The translations under genes were made by a program, and so were the position numbers. The notes under the pieces were generated by a model. The model searched no databases and was not told the origin of the DNA. It saw only the letters and a list, made by a program, of their open reading frames with translations. A stretch of 64,000 nucleotides of DNA from Phoronis australis (Eukaryota; Animalia; Phoronida), in assembly GCA_002633005.1 (NCBI GenBank), contig NMRA01000034.1, forward strand, positions 407,696-471,695, written 5' to 3'. How positions within the stretch are numbered: position 1 is the stretch's first letter; the number at the start of each line of letters is the position of its first letter. Positions 1-13,254 of the stretch are shown in pieces.

Positions 1-454
1 CCTTGCCCGTTACAGCCGTTTATAGAAGTAAAAAGACAATCTAATGAACGTTATTTTCCGTAATTCTCCGCCTTTTGTAACGAAGGAAATCTGTGGTCGT
101 TTTGAAAACAGTGCATACTTGTGGCACCCGCACGTATGCGCCATTTCCGAAAATTTTGCGATATCTCTCGAGTTTTTTTTCTGAAATTGGGTTTTCTGAT
201 CATAAAGTAGTAAAAACTTGTAATGAAATAAAACCACTTGCGATTGTTATGACATGTACGCAACCTCACATTTGATTGAATAACATGGAAATTGGCCAAC
301 AGGTGACGCAATGTGCAGTATGCTAAACGTTTTATGTATCAATGTAGTCAATCAGCCTTTGAAAAATCAAAAAAGGAGGATCTTGTCAATTAGTTGTAAG
401 CAGAATTGGGCTGAAGAATTATCGCATTGTCTGAATGAGGAATGTAATGAAATT

Positions 455-456
<2 letters not shown>

Positions 457-498
<42 letters not shown>
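457..498. repeat. (AAT)n microsatellite
   Basis: About 14 perfect AAT units; explains the poly-Ile ORFs 311-541 and 367-621. Confidence 0.95.
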
Positions 499-499
<1 letters not shown>

Positions 500-740
500 T
501 TTATTGTACATCGTATATGTAACTCTATTGTAGTCAAATAAAAATAAACAGAACCACTGACAGCTTCAAACATCAATTTCTGAAGTGTGGACGTGTTTTT
601 AGATTTTGAAAAAAAATTCATTTTATTGATTCACTGGACCTCTGTATACATACTACATTACTTGACAAAGTAATTGTACTATGTGTTTTTTGAACTTTAT
701 TTTAAGGAAATTGAGAACGTACAAGACATAATTCATATAT

Positions 741-888
741 ATAGATTATTACATGGCGAAGTCGTTATCTCCCGTTATCTAGAGCCCGAGTGGATTTTGG
801 AGAATTATCGCCCGAGCGTGATAATTCTACAAAATCCACGAGGGCTCTAGATAAGGGGGATAACGACTGAGAACATGTAATAATCTAT
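741..888. mobile_element. Palindromic (foldback) non-autonomous element
   Basis: ATAGATTATTACATG...GTCGTTATC...TTATCTAGAGCCC...GTGGATTTTG..GAATTATC is mirrored by GATAATTC..CAAAATCCAC...GGGCTCTAGATAA...GATAACGAC...CATGTAATAATCTAT; ~70-bp imperfect arms around GCCCGAGCGT. Superfamily not determined. Confidence 0.7.
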
Positions 889-1922
889 TTATACCACATA
901 CTGAAAGAGAAACATTGAAATGAATCGATCTACCTTTCTCGACTCGCCTTGGCTTTGTAACTACTTTCTATGTCAGAGGCCCGGGGTCGGAGGTCGTGAC
1001 CTTTTAAGAAAAGCCGAGATATTTTTGTCAAATATTGCTTTTACTCAAAACCAATTGAAAAATAAAACAAACTAGAAATAAAGTGAATCTATAAATTAAG
1101 GTTTAGCAACTATTATAGCTTACTACACATTTTATCACGCTAAGCTTCGACCGGGAATATATCGTCTGCTAAAGTAGGTTATCACTAGTAATTGACTATA
1201 ATGCTCAAGTCAAAGGATCCCGACGACATGACACCTGCATTCAAATTGGAGATCGGTGATTTCACTGAATTAAAATATCGTTTTTATGGAAATTATGCGT
1301 CTTTTGAACTTCCTACAGGATCCTACTGAACTTCATGCAGAATTCTATTGGACTTCGTTTAGAATAATATTAGAATATTCTGAAAATTTGCTACTAACAC
1401 TATATATTATATAAAAATTATCCTCCTTTCAGTGCCAGAAATACTTTCTTCTGAGGATGACACATATCTATGTTGTGCTTCGTTTTAGCAATGTGCTTAT
1501 ATAATACATTTTGGATCCTTTAACAACACCAACAGGAAATTCTACACAATTTTCAATAAGATCCTATTGAAATTTCAATAAAATCCCATTGAACTTCATG
1601 TAGATGAAGTTTTCTTAAAGCAAAACTTAAATATGGTAAACTATATACCTTTCACTATAGCTGTTTCATTTCTGGTGTTGTAAAATATAACGTTGAGTAT
1701 AAACATGTAAGGGAACATTTTGATTACGTGTACGGCTTAGTGGCTATACTGGGACAGTTTCTCAACTGGAAAACAGGTGTCACTTAAAAGCTATTCAATG
1801 GACAGTAATATTTGCAGCAATTAAAACACTAGCCATAACCTTACAGCACTGACTACCAAATAACACTTCACGAAAAACATATAATATTCAATTAAATATA
1901 AAGTAACAATAACATTATTTAA

Positions 1923-3161
1923 CTAGAAAGATTATTGTCACGGCGTGACAATAATGGACTCTGCGCGTGCATATTACTGGAATTGTTTTGGGAAGTTATT
2001 GACAGCAACCTGTTCACCAATATGAAAAGGATTCTTTAAAATTGTAGGAGAAATTACATGTTAATATTTTGATGACCTTTCCACTAATTGACCACTTCCG
2101 GTGCAATATGAACCCCGATGAGGGAATACTTTTAAACTCAATTTAAAGTGGGGTTATTGGTAAAAATAACAGATGTTTTACTTTAAGCACTTCAGAATAC
2201 AAGATGAATGAATTGGTCAAACTTTCAGAAAAAATGCACCTAATGACCTAATGGATGCACCAAATGACCTGAAAATTTATAATTCAAACTTAATCGCTTT
2301 CAGTAAACAGATATATAATTTTGAAGTCTCTAGCTGAAAATTTTAGTTTGCACTCCATGACCTTTGACCTATTTTTCTGATTAATAAGCCTTATTGCGTA
2401 GTAAAGTAGGGTGTTCAATTGGCATGTTGACTTACCCCAGTGAGCTGAAATTGAAAAGAATTTCTTGAAAAACGTGAGATATAACATTTTGAAAGTTAGA
2501 TGACCTTTGCACTAATTGACCCTACCCGGTGCATTATATGCGTCTTTAGGAGAATTATTGCAAAGCCCATGAAAAATAAGTTTAATGCTGAGAATCACAG
2601 TTGTCTAACGGTTGACACATCAGAATACTTCTTGAATGAAAGGTCAAATTTTCAGAAGATAAATGCACATAATGACTCCATGTTTGCACTAAAGGACCTG
2701 AAACTTTGGATTCCGAATCGAATTACCTGTGCCAATCAGACCTGTGAATTTGAAGTTTCTAGCTTAAAATCTTGGTTTGCATCTAATGACCTTTGCCCTG
2801 TTTAGCCTGATTGGATGACCCGATTACTTAGTAAAGTAATTTTTTAAATTGCCTGATTGACTTATACCTGTGTACCGACTTTGAAAAGAATAGCTTTTAA
2901 AATAAAGAAGGAGGAGCATTTTGTAAATTGCATGATCTTTGCACCAAATGACCTCTTCCAGTGCATTATGGAATATGAATATATAATGAATCAAATTTTA
3001 TATACTGCCTAACGTCATATTTTGAATTTAAAGAACATACCTGTAACCATTTTGGAGTTATTAATTGTCAAAGTTGGTCGGAAGAAGAATAAGAATAAGA
3101 AGAAGAATAAAATTGAAGAAAACCCAGGAACAACAGTACTTTGCGCTTGCACGCGCAGAGT
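1923..3161 (-). mobile_element. Helentron-associated interspersed element (HINE/DINE-1-like)
   Basis: Subterminal inverted repeats ACTCTGCGCGTGCA (1958-1971) / TGCACGCGCAGAGT (3148-3161); 5' hairpin then an AAG/AAT microsatellite (3081-3120); 3' hairpin ATTATTGTCAC-GGC-GTGACAATAAT (1931-1955); minus-strand end CTAG followed by TT; T-run at the 5' flank. Confidence 0.8.
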
Positions 3162-3314
3162 AAAAAACGAAAAAGAACCAACAACAGAGTTTGCTACTCT
3201 ACAAGTATTGTAACCTCACCTGTGTGCCAGATGAACGTTTGAAAAGAATTTTTATTATGAAGAAGACTGTTGTTTTTGTATTATGTATGCATTGAAAGTG
3301 TCATGATCCTTGTG

Positions 3315-3590
3315 GAAAATCCTATTGGGTTCCTTAAAGGTCTTATAGGAATTCCTACTCTCATAGGATTTCCTATAGGATATTCTAAAGGATTTTCTAT
3401 AGGAAATGCTATGGGATCTTATAGGAAATCTAATTAGATTCTGGCCCAATATCTTATAGGATCCTATAAGAAATCCTATAGGATCTTATACAGCTTCTTA
3501 TAGCAAAATATATTAGGTTCCTATAGGAGCTGCTATAGGATTCAATAGAAAATCCATTTGGATTACTATGAAAAGATAGAAGTTCTTATA
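3315..3590. repeat. Degenerate TCCTATAGGA-based minisatellite
   Basis: Many variants of the self-complementary TCCTATAGGA at ~11-12 bp spacing; a more decayed related tract lies at ~1310-1600. Confidence 0.65.
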
Positions 3591-4142
3591 GAAAAGAAGG
3601 TGGTGTTGTACGCGATCCTGTGAGCGTGCGCATTAGGTGTCGCCAATGGAGCATCTTTGTCACTACGCTTTGCCGTGAATATTGCCGATTGAATTAGGAA
3701 AATCTGAAAGTATTTATGGTGTTTATTGGTTTTGATGTCAACAATTGTAAGTAGTGAACGTGTTGCAGTCGCAGACAAAATGTGAATTAAATTACTACTA
3801 GATTTGACACGCTTTGAATTATTCCATTTTAAGCGCTTCGGAATGGGTGACAAACTTTGTGGAGAGTGACAAGGATTCATCTGAAGTGGTAGGTTTCCTG
3901 CTGTCTTCGGTACGTGTTCAAGTATGGTCTAACCACTCCTTAGGAGTTACACGCGCCTTCCGTCAAAAGATATCTTTTGTTTTATAAACTAGTTTACTAA
4001 CGAGATTAAACTTGGTGTCGACATTTTCTGTACTCAAAAAGAGATGATTTTTTAACATAGGCAGAACAAGAACTCGTCATTGCGTCAAACCAGCCTCAGT
4101 AAGTTGGGTTGTAACTATAACCAGGTCACTTTCTAGGCTGGT

Positions 4143-4322
4143 CATGCGCGCACCCGGAGGGGGCTCAAACGACACCCCCCCCCCGTTTGGCAAAGTGGGC
4201 AAAAATGTCCGCCTCAGAGAAACGAAAGTCCGAGAAAACGAGACAAAAGTCCACTAAAAAGTGATCAGCCCAGATTCTCAAAAATTCGAGACCCCTTATA
4301 TTTTAGGCTGGGTGCGCCCCTG
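4143..4322 (+). mobile_element. MITE with CA(T/G)G(C/G)GCGCACCC termini
   Basis: CATGCGCGCACCCGG ... CTGGGTGCGCCCCTG inverted ends; internal part recurs reverse-complemented at ~55643-55753. Confidence 0.65.
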
Positions 4323-4698
4323 GCTCCATGGCATCCAGTAACAACGAAGTAGGAAACCAAAAGTTTGTTTCTTTAGCGAAACACGCACATTTAGAACATT
4401 TAGTGAACAGTGATGACTTCTCGCGGTAACAATCTGTTACTCATTCTGTTTACACGAACACATGGTAGCCTGCCATGCAAGTTGGTCCGGATAGCTATTT
4501 GCATGGTGACTTCATTAGATACACATTTTGCAGTAAAATGACGCTTTGCTATCACGTCCATTTGAAGTAACCATTAGCTCTCCCATATATTGTTCCTCGC
4601 AGGTTGTTGCTTGCTTGATGCATTCTGCCATCCATAAACACCGGGCTTCTCCAAGCTACACCGCAGATTGTTTGAACTTGTGAACCAGTTATACCATA

Positions 4699-4902
4699 TC
4701 ATGCACGTGAGCAATGCGGAATATCTGTCAGTAAATGCAAAACATTCACACAGAGGAACGTGGGGGCTAAGAACACTTGAGAGGCACATTCGTTCACCAA
4801 GCCGAAATAGGTCAACGTTTTTTGTCCTTCTGATGCTGCGACGGTCGCCAAGGCAGATCGCAAGTAATTCATCACGAGAGTCATTGTAATTATCGTGAAA
4901 AT
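4699..4902 (-). CDS. SLC52-like transporter, last coding exon
   Basis: Acceptor CTTTTCCACATTTTGTAG|ATT, phase 0, in frame with ORF 4699-4884: IFTIITMTLVMNYLRSALATVAASEGQKTLTYFGLVNECASQVFLAPTFLCVNVLHLLTDIPHCSRA*, matching the last two TM helices and terminal Cys of SLC52 proteins. Confidence 0.8.
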   Translation of the reverse strand: MFTIITMTLVMNYLRSALATVAASEGQKTLTYFGLVNECASQVFLAPTFLCVNVLHLLTDIPHCSRA

Positions 4903-7718
4903 CTACAAAATGTGGAAAAGATACTTTACTCATACTTCAAAGGTACAGCATGTCATTCAATGATTCGATGTTTATGAGCAGCCTCGTCTTGCATTTCGGT
5001 AAATCCTTATCCAGGTACTCAGGGTTACACAAACTTTTCACAAATTCTTCCCAGCTGACTTGACGTAGTCATTAGTTCAAATCTATTTATATAGTTTTGT
5101 ACAGCCAGTTTACAATTTTTTCGTCAGCAATAGAGACAGATACCTGCAAACTGAAACTAAAATCCTTGAAATGATACAAACCTCTGTTTTGGATGATTTC
5201 AACCAAAACTGTGTCTGCCACCTGCAATTCGTTCACTTACCTGAGACATGAACACAGTACGTACGTATATTTGATCGGCTTCGCAGGTTTCGCTGGGTAA
5301 GACAGTCGATTGGTTCTAGATAACAATTTCCGGCTTGCAGGCCAATCAAATGTCTTACTTGCTTGACCTGTCTGAACCCGTGAAGTCATCAAGTGCAACA
5401 ATTGTCAATTGGTTTAGTTCGTAGTAAAAGGGGTCTTTTCAAACAGCCTTAGAATAAATCATCCAATCCTTAATGTTGCTTGAAGATTGATCAAAATTTG
5501 TAATGTTTGAGAGTTGTCGAAAGTTACAAATTTGATTTATTTTGTTTATCGTCTATGATGATACACACCGTCACCAGGTGGCGAGAACGTATCGAACACC
5601 AGTCGGCTCATCACCAACTGCCACCTTTCGTCATTATCTACTAATTCAGCAGCGAATGCGTGTTTTTTTTTTTGTTTTTCGGTCTTGCAGGACACATAAT
5701 GACATTCCGTCAAAAGTTTTAAGTAAAAAATAACATTTCTAGTGCCAACTGAAAACTGACTATGATTTTTTTTAAATTTCCTTCCGTAACTCTGGCACAG
5801 AAGTTTCTGAGTGCTTCGACGGGAGGCGTTTTACCTTATTGATAGCTGTTACAGCCCATGTGTATTTTATTTGAGGCGTTATTTTGCACATTGAGGAATC
5901 GTCTTGTGTGGATATTTTGGCTTTGCGTTGTCGAAGGTGTTGTCGCTGGGGGAGAACTAACGAAGTGGCGAAACGCGGGAGTGGACATTGCCGGCGAAAA
6001 TGTTTTTAATATTTCTGGTAGGGTTTTTCCTTATCTGGTTCTAAAATCCTTAAAATAACCCATTTCACATCAAAAACACCAACAAAACAACCCTATATAT
6101 ATCTGACTTTCGAAATACCCACGCCATATCGAAATTCATTAACCAGCCAGACGGCGATCAGGTCTTTGGTGGACCGGCGTTCAGCGTCACCTACAAATCC
6201 CACGTATTGCGAACGGGAAGTTTCAAACGGCCTACTGGTATCAACAGCTAGTATATCGCCGGCAAATTTCCACTGCTCTGCGGTGGAATATACCAATGCT
6301 CAGCAAAAAGGCACACCTTTTGAAATATCAATTGATGGGTAAGGACGTCCTATTCCGTGGCGAAGCCAGTGGCTGCCGTTGTTAAAGCGGACGAATTTCG
6401 ATCCTAGGCAGCATCAGAAAACTAAAATAAACTAGTGAATTTTAACTAATGAAATAATGGCGGACTGACAGTGGAATTTATTCCTCTGCTATTATATTCA
6501 TGAACCTTTGTGTAGTAAATTAATTTCTGTCCTCCAAACAGAGTCGGGATAAATTGGAGTTCACGTCCGTGCTCTCATAACTCTAGTGCATGACAGCGTT
6601 TTCCCGTTCAGTGACTTTACCAGACGAAGGGGGTTCTGAGCGTGTGATAACATCTAGCTTCTTTGTTAACTGCCAAGCAGAGTGTTTTGTCTGTTATGAC
6701 AACAGGCACGCCAATCTACCAGACCACGTGTGAACACCGTCAAACCCAGAGTGAATTGGTACATTCGGAAAAAATAGATTATCGTAACTTCGCTTGCTTT
6801 TATTTTTAACAGCACAGTCCAGTCAGGCTAGATACGATCTTATTGAAGATTAGAGCAATTATCGAACAAAAGAGAGCTGTCCCTCCAACCATGACTGTCA
6901 GAGTTAATCAGATATTGGGTACAGGGGTAAACTTCCCAACTTGTTGTTGGGCTATAGATATTGCTATTCATATTCCTGTGGTTCCTGGTATATACTGACA
7001 AAGAATGGCGAGGCGTTGCATTTGTCGTGGTTGTGACAACTCAGTATTTGACCACGCTGTGGCTCTTTTAACTTTCAGGGAGAGGGAAACGCGCGCATAT
7101 GGTACAGGTTTGTACAAGAAACTTGAGTGTTGGTGGACATGGCACAGTGGCGCTGTGCCCGTTCACATACGCCACATTTATGTCTGTTGATCTAAGAAAC
7201 TTTCAATTAAATTCGCGTTTCTTCTATTCTCTCGTTTTTTTGGATATTGAATTCACAGATGTTAGTGCAGTGCTATAAGGAAGGCTTAATGATGCTGACA
7301 ACGCAGCTACTTCTGAAAACATGGTCAACATTGGTTTTTAGTAATTTAATGACCTTTGGATGCCCAGTCCGTATGCCCAGGTAGTGCAGCAGACTCCATT
7401 TTGAACGTGGCGGTACTCCGCGCTACCCATTATGTAGCAATTAGGAACACCGGTTACGCTCTCTACGATCCATAACTGAAAGTAACATAACACACACTTC
7501 GTGCGCTGCATGGAATGAGCGTGCTTTCTTTAAATGAAAGATTAGAAAACTATAAATTATTTGGAATGTCTTTTCTTTCAACCTACCACTTTCCGGGTCC
7601 CCTTTTTCAAGTCACCCCCGTGCCAACCTCACTGGCACCTTGGACCTACTCAACAGATTATTCAAAGTAGTTTTCAGTCCACATATTGCTCACTTAGTTT
7701 GCAGAACGTCATACTCAC

Positions 7719-8978
7719 GGCTAAACTACTGCCAACTCCTGGGTTGGTGTGTACCAAAGGTGGCAATGGACTCATTGTGGCTGTCACGCATACGTACAGA
7801 GAGAGCAGGAGAAAAGCACAAAATGTTATTGTCAGCGACAACAAGGATTTCATAGGCAAGACAGTGTGAACCAAAGAACCTAAGGGCGACACAATACTAG
7901 ACACACGACGAGCCATACTATAGGTAAACAGTCCGTAGGGTAGTGTCGCGTACGTCATCAAGGCGCGTCCTGCGCCACTGCACAGACCTTTCACCACAAA
8001 TGCATAAAACATGATTAATACGGATTTGCGTGATAACGTGTCAGCCGGCAAGTGTATTGGGGTCTTTTTATCACCTCCAAGAATCGGCGAATTCTCGTCT
8101 TTTTCTACACTTGTTGCACCAGTTTTTTCATTCACTGTGTGACCTGTTTTTGGTGATTCTTTTCTGCCACTTTCAGCGACGGAAGCTTCATTGACAGTGC
8201 CTTCTTCAGATGTAGGTGATAATGAATGGTAATCACGGAGGAGAATGTGAGTTACAAGATAAATCGCACAAAATGCAACACAACCTGCAACAACTGCGAA
8301 GTATGTTTCAACTGAAATAGATACTGTTTTGTGCACAACTTCCACAGAACTGTATGGGGTGGTCGAGAAAGAGTTGCTTTTGGAGTCGTTTGCTTGACCA
8401 AACATTTCCATATTTGTTGAATTTCCATGTTTAGGCTTATAAACACACTCAACTTCATCACTTCCCTGTATGAGTGAAATACATCCAAAGGCAGTGGAAC
8501 CGAAAGTAGCTCCAACATAAGACGCAGACACACTCTTTTCCACTGGCAATGTACCGACATATGTCAATCCCCAAATAAATTCGATTGATCGAGCAAAAAC
8601 CAACGTTACATAGATAGATTGGAAAAGGACGCTATATTCGATCCCGTTAATGACAGTTCTTGTATGCCAGAACATGATAAGAACCACCAAAAGAAATATC
8701 TTCACGATTTGCAGGATGACCAAAGCCAGCGCTCTGTTCCTGCTACCAATTTGCGCACCTGCTGTGTACTTGCATTTCATTATCAGAAAATAGATCGCCG
8801 CGCCCAGAGTCCTAATAGTCGCACTCTCCATTTTAAGTGACCCAGGTAACGACCAGTTCTCCGGCAGTCTCTGAACGAGAACCGGTTCCTCGGCTGCAAT
8901 GGAATCTTGTATTACGAACGTGGCGAACCCAATCACAGCAGCAAAGAACAGCAAACCATAGTGTTTCTGATGTTCCAT
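7719..8978 (-). CDS. SLC52 (riboflavin transporter/GPR172) family member, large coding exon
   Basis: EEPVLVQRLPENWSLP matches the SLC52 ELPVVVKELPEGWSLP motif; also LIQG..C, LPYG and MSPLPPLV (SPCPPLV); multiple TM segments. Probable start GCCATGG at 8978 (alternative ATG 9041). Donor GCC|GTGAGT at 7719/7718, phase 0, joins the exon at 4902. Confidence 0.85.
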
Positions 8979-10377
8979 GGCAGATTTCTTTTTTAAATGA
9001 TTAACCGATTTCTCTTGCTTAAACTCGTATCCAGTGAACATGCGTAGCGAACTAGTCAGTGACGTTCCATACGACACACCTACTTCAGCTGATACAAACG
9101 CTCACCGCACAAACTGGGTTTTTGTAATCCTACCCTGCTATCACGTGACCTTAAAGACGCCATATATCGGCCAAATGACTTTTGAACATGTTACATGTAT
9201 GTATCATTGATTAACATAAACATATCATCTCTTCGTTTACTCCTGACATTAACTGATTACGCCACTTACTATCGTAAGGCCCTACCAGGGACCCCATTTA
9301 ACACCGAAAAAACTTTAGGTAGCGCTCGTACTAGACGACGCAAATGACATCCTTAATGTGACCCGAGTCTTACAGTCCGTTGCCACAGGAAATTTACTTT
9401 ACGTTTACGGGTGTATATTTCAAATCACAGAATTTCAAAATTACATCTATTCGATACAATAAAGTTAAATTACGACACATATCTCGACACTTCAACTTGT
9501 ATGTAATTTCCTACCAGTCGCTGTGCCTCGATAGCCTATAGCGTCGCCGAAGTCAATACCACAGTCGCGGATGGACTTTGTGAAATTTACCTCACGTTGA
9601 TATTACCTGTACACTCTGAAAGAGGCGACACGCTCACTGTCTGCGTAGGTCCTAAAATGAGCGAGCCGTTACTTGAATTCGCCTAACGTGTCCACTTGTA
9701 TCTCGTAACACAAAGCCTCACTGGTGTCTGCACTTCGTTGTCCCACAACAGCATACACATAATGAACTTAATTTTATCGGATGGACCCTAAATATCGGAC
9801 ATTACATAAAATGTTACTTGAAGTATAATCAGGGAAATAAATGACACAAATTTTTCTTCTGCTGTAATGCATTCAATATCCCTTTTGAGTTGCCTTGTTT
9901 TGATTTCACCGAGAGATGGAGTCAAAAATGCATGAGAAAAACTCGCCTGGTCCCTAGCTACAACAGTACAGCTCTCTGACTGCTGTTTTGTTTGTAACTT
10001 AGAAAGTGTCAACTTACAAACCCCCCCTGTCAACACTACTAGTAGTTATAATAAATATTGGAACTTAACACCCAGCGACACTAGCCAAACGCTGTAAATG
10101 AATCTTTATGAAATACTTTAAAGACTTTTCGTTGAAATATACAAAAACAACACAAAAACAGTGTTTGAGATGACGTCGACTTTTTTTCTACATCCAAAAT
10201 TTATGATTTTACAAAATATTAAGTTGATGTGAAGGTGGTGTATGAATACAAAACTTGTAGCAATTTTCATTAAAGGCTTTGGTGTTTTATTACAAGATTT
10301 TCAGTATAATTTATGCACTTTCGAGAACGTCATGATATTTTCGTAATAGTGGATATAATAGTTTTACAGCTATATCA

Positions 10378-11052
10378 TTTATATGCGCTAACTGCAAAGC
10401 GATACCGAAGCTAGTTTACAGTGAAACAACACGTGTAGATGAGATAAAAGGTCATACATATTATGACAAACTAAACTACTACAGATATCGGTAATTACAA
10501 AAGTTACATAATATGTTGAACTGTAAAGGTGGGTGACAATCTGCCAAGCAGCAAGGAAGGTATACATAAGTGGTGAATAGAAAGTTTAGTAATAATATGC
10601 AAAAGCATAACAGCAACACCAGGACAGCGACATGGGGAATGTAAGGATAAACAGGGAAGAAAGGAAAATTGGTTTGAGGGAGGGAGGGAAAGAGAAATTG
10701 AGTGAAACTGAAATTTGGAGAGAATTGTGGACGATAGCCCAGTGTTGCGACGAGACAAAGAGATCACGTGGTACAATTAAACCAGTAATCGTACAACAAA
10801 GAGGGTCACTGACCCGAGAATCCAAACAATATGGTAATGAAGACGAAGCAGTATAGCTTACATAAAATAATTTAATACTTAAGTAATTTTTATATCCGCT
10901 AACTGCGAAGCGATACCGAAGCTAGTTTACAGTGAAACAACACGTGTAGATGAGATAAAAGGTCATATATATTATGACAAACTACTACAGATATAGATAA
11001 TTACCAAATTTACATAATATGTTGAACTGTAAAGGAGGGTGACAATCTGCCA
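10378..11052 (-). repeat. Ngaro-type split direct repeats B1-A2-B2
   Basis: ~165-bp direct repeat at 10378-10546 and 10889-11052 (GCTAACTGC..AGCGATACCGAAGCTAG ... GGGTGACAATCTGCCA) flanking a ~340-bp unique block. Confidence 0.8.
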
Positions 11053-11852
11053 CAGATGCAGCAGAAAGATGCATCCGCCCACCCAAGGGAGAGCGAGCGA
11101 GGCTGCCAAAAGGGGCATAAGAAAAAAGGGGGCAAAAGTAAGCACGTAAATAGGAAAATACGAACATGGAGTGGTACAGCTAGGCAGCTTGACAAAACAA
11201 AACAAAATTATAGAGCGACACAAGAAGGAGTCGAAATCATAGTAACTGAAACCCAGAGGAATATAAGGCTAACATGAATAGATAAAAACTAAGGAATATA
11301 CATAAGGAACATGTCAACCAACAAAAAGCACGCTGTCTATATAAGCATGAATAAACAGAAACGGTGACATGTACGAAGATACATACAGATAAGTAACAAC
11401 AAACGGTGGCACCGTCAAAAGTGAACCGATATAAAGTATGGAAAAATATGCTAAGTGGAGAATAACCCATAATAGGGCATGGGGTAAACCAACAAGTATA
11501 AAGGGGGTGAGAAAGAGTACCCGGGAGGGAGAACCCCGAAAAGGTGAGTGAAAAGGGCATACCAATGAAAATGGAGAATGAGTGAAGTAGACACTGGCAA
11601 TACAGGTGCCAATGAACGGGACACTGGCAACATGACGAAAGTTCGCCTGGTCTCAGAATTTTCAGGCCCTTATCATAAACAATATCTAACTACAATAAAC
11701 ACCAGGCTAATTGCTGACACACACATCAGACCCGTGATGAAAATGGAGTGGTGTGCGAGGGGAGGCACTGGCAATACAGTCGCCCCCAGGATGAAGAGGC
11801 GGTGTAAGGAGGGGAAGCACTGACTGTAGAGCTGCCCCTGGGTGGTGGATGA

Positions 11853-12829
11853 TCATATCAATGAAGGAGTGGGAATGTTAGCAGCAAGCAAGTTTATGGA
11901 GGAGAGACGAATGTAGTTCTTGAGCGCGTCAGACTTCCAGCGACCCATACGCTGAATGGTGGAGTCTGGAATTTGGAGGGTAGCAGCGGAGGTGGCTGCA
12001 CCAATACGAAAATTATGAGATTGATAGCGTTGAGGATCGAGACCGACGCACCCGAGTACCAAGTTAAGCTGGCGAGTGAAGTAAGAGCGAGTTACGGGGG
12101 AACCATTAGGGAACTGGAAGAGAGGGCCGGAAGAGTGGTTGGAAAGAGTGGGGTAGTGTTGAAAGGGTTGAAACAGGGCAATGGGGACCGGTAGAACGGG
12201 GGGATAAAGAGAAGGATAGGGGTGTAATCGTGATGTTTGAAGTAGGAGATAGTGAGAGACATGGACGTAGAGGTGACTGAGACGTCAGAGACCTGGAGGA
12301 CAGAAATTGGGGGTGAGGCAGAGGTGGCGACAGTAAATTCGCTAACACGAAGGAAGGTGTGAAAGGCGGTGGAAAACCTAGCAGCACAGAGAGATGCGTG
12401 GAAGTGAGAGTTGAGAGCAGAGGGTAAGGCGTTGAGAAGGCGGTAAAGAATAGGTGTAGTTATTGGGAGTCGGGTGTCCACGGATGGCCGCGAATTGGAC
12501 ACCCCCTTCAGAATTTTCTTGACCAGAAAGGAGGAGGTAGGGTCAGGCAAGCAGTCCAGTTTATGAATGAAACCTATGGCAGAGACATAGGTAGAGATGG
12601 TGGATGCAGTTAAGCCAGACGAGAAGAGATGTGCTAGGTAAGAAGCTAAGGTCGATGTGGAGACAGGAAACACAGGCAAGGGGCATGCTGAGGATGAATG
12701 GTAATGGAGGAAATGTGAAAGGACGCGATGGTAAGTGGAGATAGTGGATGGAGCAAGGGACGCCCGGAGGAGCGAAGTCAGAACGTAAGGAGGTGCTTCT
12801 GAACTGTGGTCGGTGTTGGAGAGAGCCAT
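11853..12829 (-). pseudogene. Tyrosine recombinase (frameshifted)
   Basis: SLAPSTISTY N-terminus, FLRVSE (catalytic R), SHNFRIGAATSAA (HxxR), MGRWKSDALKNYIR (catalytic Y); split over ORFs 12092-12829 and 11853-12062. Confidence 0.9.
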
Positions 12830-13254
12830 GGAGCCATGGAAAAGGCATCTTGGAAAAGAAAGCGAGACAATTTATCGGCAATGAAATTAGTTTTGCCAGG
12901 AATGTGTTTAGCCTTGAAGTGGATATTATGGTGTAGGGTAGAGAGGATCAGGAGTCGGACGAGGCGCATAATGTTAGGGTCCTTAGAGGAAGTCTTATTG
13001 ATGATATGCACCACGGAATGGTTGTCGCACATGAAAAGAATACGATGGTTGGCAAGGTTAGGTCCCCAGATTTCTAAGGCAAGAACGATGGGGAAGAGCT
13101 CCTTGAAGGTGATGGGAAAATGAGAGATGGATGAGGGCGAAGGGCCAGAAAACCAATTATACCCGCAAACCGCGGCGAATCCCCCGTGGACCGAGGCCGA
13201 GTCAGTATACAGTTTGAGTGATTGAGAAGAGGTCCAATGCTCAAAAAGGAGCAT
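12778..13254 (-). CDS. DIRS/Ngaro RNase H domain (truncated pol)
   Basis: LYTDSAS, ITFKELFPIVLA..WG, CDNHSVV, HIPGKTNFIADKLSR: D-E-D-D catalytic set of DIRS-type RNase H. Confidence 0.9.
   Translation of the reverse strand: MLLFEHWTSSQSLKLYTDSASVHGGFAAVCGYNWFSGPSPSSISHFPITFKELFPIVLALEIWGPNLANHRILFMCDNHSVVHIINKTSSKDPNIMRLVRLLILSTLHHNIHFKAKHIPGKTNFIADKLSRFLFQDAFSMAPWLSPTPTTVQKHLLTF

Noticed and set aside
311-621. Poly-isoleucine ORFs
   Set aside because: Translation of the (AAT)n microsatellite.
4574-5249. Apparent spliced minus-strand gene MSQ|VSVSIADEK... running into the 119-aa ORF 4574-4933
   Set aside because: Four in-frame stops upstream and no recognisable homology; the overlapping frame (4699-4902) is the SLC52 last exon.
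7674-7718. C-terminal VSMTFCKLSEQYVD of the 467-aa ORF
   Set aside because: Intron read-through after the GTGAGT donor; likewise the ORF's GTG start at 9077 is unlikely in a eukaryote.
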